Shown here piece after piece: positions 57,902 to 64,000 of a DNA stretch of 64,000 nt. The stretch spans positions 251,149-315,148 of the forward strand of contig MHKF01000012.1 of the NCBI GenBank assembly GCA_001818315.1. The letters run 5' to 3'. Position 1 is the first letter of the stretch. Every line of letters begins with the position of its first letter. Below the pieces are notes generated by a model. The model made no database searches, had not been told where the DNA came from, and saw only the letters and a list, made by a program, of their open reading frames with translations. The translations under genes and the position numbers were made by a program. Origin of the DNA: Candidatus Kerfeldbacteria bacterium RIFCSPLOWO2_02_FULL_42_19. GTDB taxonomy: Bacteria > Patescibacteriota > Patescibacteriia > HO2-48-17.

Positions 57902-59051
57902 ATTGTTTTCAGTTTTTGTGCTTCTTGTCTTGATTTTTTTTTCTGGTTGCCAGCGTTCGTGGAATCCTTTATCGAACACTCCTTCACTTTTACAGAACAA
58001 GAGCACATCATCTCCGAGTCTTGGCACAGGAGAAGTTTTTAAAGATGGAATTTTTTTTCTTTCCCAAAATTCGAAAGCATTACACTGGCGACGTGATGCT
58101 TCTTTCGTCGATATCATTCAAAATACACAACTAGATTTGTTTGCTGTTTCTCCTCGTCCTCGTGAACTACTCGTCATTGACAATGTGACGTCATTAGGGG
58201 ATTCAACGATTTCTTTATGGAAGGATCATGCTTCGGATGTGTTACTTGCGCGTTTGCGTCAGCCGATAGCCTACGCGGTTTTTTCACCAATTGGTTCGCA
58301 CCTTCTGATTGTTACGCAACAGGTTACCTTAGATGATACTCTCCGTTTTCCTTTCGAGCTTTTTTTGTATTCATTCCAAGATGCTCGGCTTTTGCATCTT
58401 GCGGAATCGAGCGCCTATCCTTCGTGGGCAGAGGATGGCAAACGTTTTGTTTATACAAAATTTCAAGATTTTGACGCTGGAGAGGGAGTTACGCAGCACA
58501 CTGAAATCATCTCTCAGAGTATTCTACCGGATGGCACACTCACTGAACCTGTTGCACTTGTTTCTGGTATGAACAGTCTCTTGTTTCATGACAAGCTGTT
58601 TTACGTTAGTCGTGATGATGACGGATTCGATATTTATGCACTGCAGCCGGTCACTGGCGAGATTATGCCTTTGAGCGATTTGAATCTCGCCGGATACCCT
58701 CACCCGATATTTTTGTTGCAATTATCGGAGGATCGCAAAAACTTTGCATGGAGTCAACTGAAATCTGGAGATGTGTTTAGTTTAGAAACTTGGCTTGTGC
58801 CTTTTGATGTGCCTTCACAATTTTATGAGGTGATTCCGCAATCAGAAAGCGTCCTGTGGTATAATAACAACACTCTTGTCTTTCGTCCGGTTGCTGCTGC
58901 TTCTTTTTCATCCACATTGCAATTGTTCGATATTGCTGCAAAAGCGCAAACTGTCATTCCTGGATCCGAGAGCGTCTATTCCATGATGACGCCTATTGGA
59001 TATCAAACAGATCCATCGTATTTTCTTCAGCTGGTTTACGCACTTCCATGA
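57879..59051 (+). CDS. Putative lipoprotein
   Basis: Lipobox FFSGC; TolB-like PSWAEDGKR and FSPIG segments. Confidence 0.7.
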   Translation: MYKISTGKLFSVFVLLVLIFFSGCQRSWNPLSNTPSLLQNKSTSSPSLGTGEVFKDGIFFLSQNSKALHWRRDASFVDIIQNTQLDLFAVSPRPRELLVIDNVTSLGDSTISLWKDHASDVLLARLRQPIAYAVFSPIGSHLLIVTQQVTLDDTLRFPFELFLYSFQDARLLHLAESSAYPSWAEDGKRFVYTKFQDFDAGEGVTQHTEIISQSILPDGTLTEPVALVSGMNSLLFHDKLFYVSRDDDGFDIYALQPVTGEIMPLSDLNLAGYPHPIFLLQLSEDRKNFAWSQLKSGDVFSLETWLVPFDVPSQFYEVIPQSESVLWYNNNTLVFRPVAAASFSSTLQLFDIAAKAQTVIPGSESVYSMMTPIGYQTDPSYFLQLVYALP

Positions 59052-59812
59052 TTCTCTTCCATCGTATTATTCCTATTTTTTCTACACTCGCGATTCTTAT
59101 CTTATGGGAAAGTGCTCTTGTGTATGACGCGCGTTATCCAATCTTTTTTGGTGTCATTATGACATGTGTTTTTTTATCTCTTGCGCAATTATTCCACTGG
59201 AATATTTTAAGTCGACAGTTCATTGGATTTATAGTCACACCGTTCTTGCTGACTCTCGGTATCGGAAGTTTTCTTCTTTTTCTTGAAGACGCTTGGCTGA
59301 GACAGCTTGTTATTGGATTGCATGTCGTAAGTCTTGGTTTATTTTTAGAAAGTTGTTTTGCCTATCTTCATGATCCGAAAGGATATCAACCCTATGCGCT
59401 GCAGAATGTTACCGGTTATATGCATCTTATTACCTTATGGAGCGTATTGAGTTCTAGTTATGCGGTTGTGCTTTACTTTCAAATGTCTGCTTGGATTGTT
59501 GTTGTGCCTCTGATCTTTTTTGTACTTGTGATACTTCTTACGACACTGTGGATGAATAAAATTGCTATTCGAAAAAATATCCTTTTTCTTGGTGTCAATC
59601 TTTTGTTATTTGTGCAATTCTTTTTGGCAATGCAATATTTACCTTTGAGTTGGCTTGTGAACGGCTTAGTGTTAGTTGGGGTGTATTATATTGTGTTCAA
59701 TATCAGTCGTTATCATTTGATGCATAGTTTGAATGCCAGGGTATTACATCGTTATGTTTTTTTCGGTGTCACACTTATTTTTGGTGTGCTTCTTACTGCG
59801 CGTTGGTTATGA
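59048..59812 (+). CDS. Hypothetical polytopic membrane protein
   Basis: About eight TM segments; C-terminal TARW. Confidence 0.8.
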   Translation: MILFHRIIPIFSTLAILILWESALVYDARYPIFFGVIMTCVFLSLAQLFHWNILSRQFIGFIVTPFLLTLGIGSFLLFLEDAWLRQLVIGLHVVSLGLFLESCFAYLHDPKGYQPYALQNVTGYMHLITLWSVLSSSYAVVLYFQMSAWIVVVPLIFFVLVILLTTLWMNKIAIRKNILFLGVNLLLFVQFFLAMQYLPLSWLVNGLVLVGVYYIVFNISRYHLMHSLNARVLHRYVFFGVTLIFGVLLTARWL

Positions 59813-61053
59813 AACCAAAATCCATTCCAACTTCGCTCTCGCAGCGTTTACAGGCTTTTGACGCAGCAAACCTCAATCAATCTCATTGCGTGTGTCGTAA
59901 AAAGAGTATATTGCAACGATTGTCGCATGTTGTGATAGTATTCATATTCGCATTTTCCGCTGGATTCCTAGGGTACTTTACCGCTTCTTCTTCTCTTCCT
60001 TTTCCTCTTGCATCTTTTCAAAATATCAATATTCCAGTGCGCGAAAATACTCGTGAAACGTTTGAATCCGCTTCGGTGATACCCCAAAAGTTTCCAGAAT
60101 TTTTGAATCGTATTGATGTTGCTCTGATCAGTATTTTTGCAAAGCAACCGGACACAGGTGTGATTGTGGAGAGCGTCTATCATAACTCTCAAAGACTTAG
60201 CATAGCTCTTGCGTTGACTTCTGACGGCTTCGTGCTTGCGCCAGCTCAACTTTTATCACAATCCTCGCAGCTCATTGGCATTACTTCTACTCAGCAGATC
60301 CGTTCCCTCGAGCATATTGTCACTGATCCTTTGACTCAGATGGCTTTTTTTCAAATTGACAATTACAATGCCCTGCAGGTATTAGAATTTGTTCGTCTTG
60401 ATGATCTTCGATTGGGTATGCCGTTGTTTACTTTTCTGCCTGATGTTGGCAATACTTCGGCATTTGATGTCAGTTATCTCAGCCAACTTGGTGGCATACG
60501 CTCTGATTCGCGGGACGCATTGTTCAAAAGTTCTGAGTCAGTACAAGATTTTATTTACACTACAGATATTTTGCAGGGAGAGTCTTTTACTCCGGTGTTT
60601 ACGCAGGAAGGAAAAGTTGTCGGATTTCTCATGCCACGTGAAGTGGAGTCTCAAGAGACATCCCGTATCCTCCCAGCGCATTTTATAATGCCGCTGCTTT
60701 CTCAATTGCTCAAAGAGCGCAGCATCGCTCGTCCTTATCTTGGAGTGCGCTATGTGAATCTTTCCGTTCCTTCTGCCCAGAACGTATTGATTCAAACCGA
60801 GCGGGCATCAAAAGGTCTGCTGCTCTACTCCCGTGAGCAGCCAGCAGTGTTAAGAAATTCGCCAGCAGAAAAAGCGGGTTTGCGTGAGGGCGATATTCTT
60901 CTCCAGATGCGCACGACCCCGCTCGAAACCTCATGGGAGCTTTCTACATTACTCATTGATTATCGATCCGGAGACACGGTTGATTTTGTCATCTTGCGCG
61001 ATGGGGAACAACGCACGCTTTCTGTTGTACTCGATACTGTTTCTCCACTATAA
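59809..61053 (+). CDS. HtrA-like trypsin-fold/PDZ protein lacking catalytic motifs
   Basis: LTSDG, RPYLGVRY, SPAEKAGLREGDIL are present; TNxH and GNSGG are absent. Confidence 0.8.
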   Translation: MKPKSIPTSLSQRLQAFDAANLNQSHCVCRKKSILQRLSHVVIVFIFAFSAGFLGYFTASSSLPFPLASFQNINIPVRENTRETFESASVIPQKFPEFLNRIDVALISIFAKQPDTGVIVESVYHNSQRLSIALALTSDGFVLAPAQLLSQSSQLIGITSTQQIRSLEHIVTDPLTQMAFFQIDNYNALQVLEFVRLDDLRLGMPLFTFLPDVGNTSAFDVSYLSQLGGIRSDSRDALFKSSESVQDFIYTTDILQGESFTPVFTQEGKVVGFLMPREVESQETSRILPAHFIMPLLSQLLKERSIARPYLGVRYVNLSVPSAQNVLIQTERASKGLLLYSREQPAVLRNSPAEKAGLREGDILLQMRTTPLETSWELSTLLIDYRSGDTVDFVILRDGEQRTLSVVLDTVSPL

Positions 61054-61057
61054 TGTT

Positions 61058-61507
61058 ATGACATTCAAACAGCGTTTTCACATCATGCGCGATCGTTCTC
61101 CATCGTTTGTACAGTTTTTTATTTTTTGCATTATCGGCACTTTGAATACTCTGACGGATTTCACCTTCTATTACCTGCTGACACGTGCGCTGCATATCTA
61201 TTTCATAGCCGCAAATATTATCTCTTTTGCGCTTGTATCGATTATGAGTTTTTTTCTGAATAAACGCTGGACATTTCGTGACCAGGGTCCAAAAGTTCAT
61301 ATTCAGTACATGAAATTTTTGACAGTTGTTACTTTCGGTTTATTGCTCAACACCGGTTTGCTTTATATTTTTGTGCGTTGGCTTCACATTCCTGATCTTA
61401 TAGCCAAAGCGCTCGCTGTTGGTATTGTGCTCTTTTGGAATTTTGGAATGAATAAATTGTGGACATTTTCAAAATTTTCTCATCAACGTCATTCTTCAGT
61501 ATGTTGA
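61058..61507 (+). CDS. GtrA family protein
   Basis: FCIIGTLNT, SFFLNKRWTF, WNFGMNKLWTF. Confidence 0.92.
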   Translation: MTFKQRFHIMRDRSPSFVQFFIFCIIGTLNTLTDFTFYYLLTRALHIYFIAANIISFALVSIMSFFLNKRWTFRDQGPKVHIQYMKFLTVVTFGLLLNTGLLYIFVRWLHIPDLIAKALAVGIVLFWNFGMNKLWTFSKFSHQRHSSVC

Positions 61508-62244
61508 AAAAGCGACTCGTGATTATTTTTCCAGCTTATAATGAAGAATGTCGGATTCGAAAAACTTTTCAAAAGTATTATACGTTTTTTAGTGCACCAG
61601 CGTATCAGAAGGCATTTGATATTGTATATTTCGTCGCCATTAATGGCTCCACTGACCGCACGCAAGCGATTGTGGAACAATTGCACAATCAACATCCCGC
61701 TGTGTTGTCGTTTCATGACTGGAAAGAAAAGCTTGGGAAGGGAGGCGCTCTTCATCGCGCATTTGCAGAAGTCACCGGCGACTTTATCGGTTTTGTGGAT
61801 GCTGACGGCTCTACTGCGCCAGGAGAATTTGCCAAATTATTTCCGTATCTTTCGCGCTATGATGCAGTGATCGCTTCTCGTTTTTTACCAGGATCCTTCG
61901 TGAAAGATCGTAAAGCGCTTCTGCGTCAGATTACCAGCCGTATCTTTTTGTATTGCGTTCAGATTCTTTTTCATCTTCCAGTTCGTGATACACAGTGCGG
62001 TGCAAAGATTTTTCGCAGCCACCCGTTAAAAACTCTTTTGCCTCTGCTGCGTGTTCGTAATATGGCTTTTGATGTTGAATTGCTCTATGCTTTCCAACAA
62101 CGTGGCTATGGCATCAAAGAAGTACCTACGATTTGGGTTGCAGATGATGTTGGATCGTCTCTTTCGAGTTCATCCAAAATTTTGCAAGCAGGTTTGGCGA
62201 TGTTCGCTTCCCTTGTTCACATACGCTTGCGAAAGTTTCAATAA
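61501..62244 (+). CDS. GT2 glycosyltransferase (polyprenol-phosphate glycosyltransferase-like)
   Basis: PAYNEE, GKGGA, FVDADG, DTQCGAKIF, FDVELL. Confidence 0.92.
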   Translation: MLKKRLVIIFPAYNEECRIRKTFQKYYTFFSAPAYQKAFDIVYFVAINGSTDRTQAIVEQLHNQHPAVLSFHDWKEKLGKGGALHRAFAEVTGDFIGFVDADGSTAPGEFAKLFPYLSRYDAVIASRFLPGSFVKDRKALLRQITSRIFLYCVQILFHLPVRDTQCGAKIFRSHPLKTLLPLLRVRNMAFDVELLYAFQQRGYGIKEVPTIWVADDVGSSLSSSSKILQAGLAMFASLVHIRLRKFQ

Positions 62245-62280
62245 ACTTTTACACTGCAAGCAGAATATTTTATTTCTATT

Positions 62281-63315
62281 ATGGCAAAAAAGGCAATTTT
62301 TGAGCGCAAAAATGTTCTTGTTATTGGCGGCGCCGGTTTTATCGGTTCTCATCTTTGCACTGAGCTTGTTCGGCAGAGTAAGGTGATTTGTGTTGATAAT
62401 TTTAGTACAGGCTCTGAAGAAAATATTGACAACCTTTTGAATAATCCAAGTTTTCGTTTTGTTCGACATGACATGTCGGCGCCTCTCGATTTTCGGAAAT
62501 TTTCAGAACTTGCGTCATTTCAAATTGAATTTCAGGGCATTCAGGAAGTCTATAATTGCGCTTGTCCGACTTCGAGTAAACATTTTGAAAAATTTTATCT
62601 CGAGACCTTGCTCGCGAATTCGTATGTCGTAAAGAATGCTTTGGACATCGCTGTAGCACATCAGGCGAAGTTTCTCCATCTTTCTACTTCGGCTATTTAC
62701 GGAGATCCTTTAGAGCATCAAACTTCTTTTCATGAACAATATTGGGGTTTTGTGAATCCGGTGGGCCTCCGCAGCTGTTATAATGAAGGGAAACGATTCG
62801 CAGAGACACTTGTGAGTACCTATCGGCGCAAGTATCCTATTGATGCGAAAATCGCTCGGCTCTTTAATGTGTATGGTCCGAACATGCGTCCTGATTCTGG
62901 GCGTATGATTCCGGACATGATTCGACAAGCTTCGGAAAATAACGATGTGATTATTTATGGCGATGGCACGGAACAGAAAAGTTATTGTTACATTTCTGAT
63001 ATTATTGACGGTTTGCTGAAATGCATTCAGTCACAGGAGGTTGGTCCTATAAACATGGGAAGTACAGAACTTTATTCGATTCGTTTTATTGCCGAACGTA
63101 TTATTCAGGTCCTCAGTTCGCAATCTAAAATTATGCATCAGCCGGCACTTCCAGCTATTACGCGGCAGGTCGTTCCTGATATTACACTTGCGAAAAATCG
63201 TCTCGGATGGTACCCTGTGGTTCGACTGGAAGATGGTCTTTCTCGCACTATTAAGGAAATGGCCGCGAGAAAAGTGTTGCGGTTTACTGACTTTACTCAC
63301 AAGTCTAACCCTTGA
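62281..63315 (+). CDS. UDP-glucuronate decarboxylase-like NAD-dependent epimerase/dehydratase
   Basis: GGAGFIGSHL, STSAIYGDP, YWGFVNP, RSCYNEGKR. Confidence 0.9.
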   Translation: MAKKAIFERKNVLVIGGAGFIGSHLCTELVRQSKVICVDNFSTGSEENIDNLLNNPSFRFVRHDMSAPLDFRKFSELASFQIEFQGIQEVYNCACPTSSKHFEKFYLETLLANSYVVKNALDIAVAHQAKFLHLSTSAIYGDPLEHQTSFHEQYWGFVNPVGLRSCYNEGKRFAETLVSTYRRKYPIDAKIARLFNVYGPNMRPDSGRMIPDMIRQASENNDVIIYGDGTEQKSYCYISDIIDGLLKCIQSQEVGPINMGSTELYSIRFIAERIIQVLSSQSKIMHQPALPAITRQVVPDITLAKNRLGWYPVVRLEDGLSRTIKEMAARKVLRFTDFTHKSNP

Positions 63316-63327
63316 TCTTAATTTTTT

Positions 63328-64000
63328 ATGAATATTGTCGTTGTTGGTACTGGATATGTTGGTCTTGTCACCGGCACTTGCCTTGCGGATCTTGGGCATC
63401 GCGTGACATGCGTCGATATTGATGCACGTAAGATCGATTTCCTCAAGCGCGGCACCTCTCCGATATATGAGGAAGGATTGGAAGCGTTGATTCAAAAAAA
63501 TATTCATTTAGGCAATTTACTTTTTTTTACGAGTCTTACTTCCGCTGTCAGTGATGCTGAAATTATTTTTATTGCCGTCGGTACACCCTCGGATGTTTCT
63601 GGAAAAGCTGATTTGCAGTATGTATACGCTGTTGCCAATGAACTTGGTCAGTGTTTGGATCATAATGTGATTGTTGTGAATAAAAGTACTGTCCCTGTTG
63701 GCACTGCTGCCGAAGTAGGTCGTATGATTGCGCAAAATTTCTCTGGTGCCTGCGAAGTTGTCTCTTGTCCTGAGTTTTTGCGTGAAGGTACTGCCGTCAA
63801 CGATTTTTTCCATCCTGATCGTATTGTGCTTGGTGTCCGAAGTCGCGCGGCAGAAGATGTCATGCTGAAAGTTTTTGAAGCTGTGCAATGTCCGAAAGTT
63901 GTCACAACGGTCGAAAGCGCAGAAATGATTAAATACGCTTCGAATGCCTTTCTGGCGACTAAAATTTCTTTTATTAATGAAATCGCGAATATTTGCGAAC
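63328..64000 (+). CDS. ugd: UDP-glucose 6-dehydrogenase, truncated by the window end
   Basis: Manually translated: MNIVVVGTGYVGL, IAVGTP, NKSTVPVG, PEFLREG, AEMIKYASNAFLA. Confidence 0.95.
   Translation, partial: MNIVVVGTGYVGLVTGTCLADLGHRVTCVDIDARKIDFLKRGTSPIYEEGLEALIQKNIHLGNLLFFTSLTSAVSDAEIIFIAVGTPSDVSGKADLQYVYAVANELGQCLDHNVIVVNKSTVPVGTAAEVGRMIAQNFSGACEVVSCPEFLREGTAVNDFFHPDRIVLGVRSRAAEDVMLKVFEAVQCPKVVTTVESAEMIKYASNAFLATKISFINEIANICE

Noticed and set aside
1-64000. Alternative genetic code (TGA=Gly); rRNA/tRNA genes
   Set aside because: Conserved genes are full length and some end in TGA, and RF2 is present. No tRNA T-loop or rRNA signatures were noticed by eye.

Overview
Chromosomal segment of a bacterium using genetic code 11. 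The gene content points to Patescibacteria/CPR (inferred): VirB2-like pilin fused to a surface protein, TrmB paralogues, archaeal-type UMP kinase and FAD synthase, split ComEC, split transketolase, Cys-rich zinc-ribbon repeat proteins. It is mostly housekeeping: hisS, lepB, prfB, rpsU, rplJ-rplL, xseAB, uppP, mltG, lgt, a gluconeogenesis/pentose-phosphate operon, B12-salvage genes and sugar-nucleotide genes. No rRNA, tRNA, CRISPR array, transposase, integrase or reverse transcriptase was seen. The most interesting signals are not in the ORF track. (1) The apparent gap at 31.1-32.0 kb holds a 58-aa bacterial histone-fold gene. It converges, on a shared terminator, with a ~480-nt highly structured, probably non-coding transcript driven by a perfect sigma70 promoter. 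(2) Intergenic regions carry several families of palindromic elements: a hairpin family with covarying stems and a conserved 14-nt loop, often nested inside a MITE-like family with 5-bp target duplications. (3) One Cys-rich paralogue is split by a CTT-TAA-C site resembling the RF2 +1 frameshift, while prfB itself has no frameshift. (4) Small transcription units carry mini-ORFs: one between two TrmB genes and a leader peptide/terminator ahead of an ABC exporter. All calls come from manual reading; no searches or folding programs were run.
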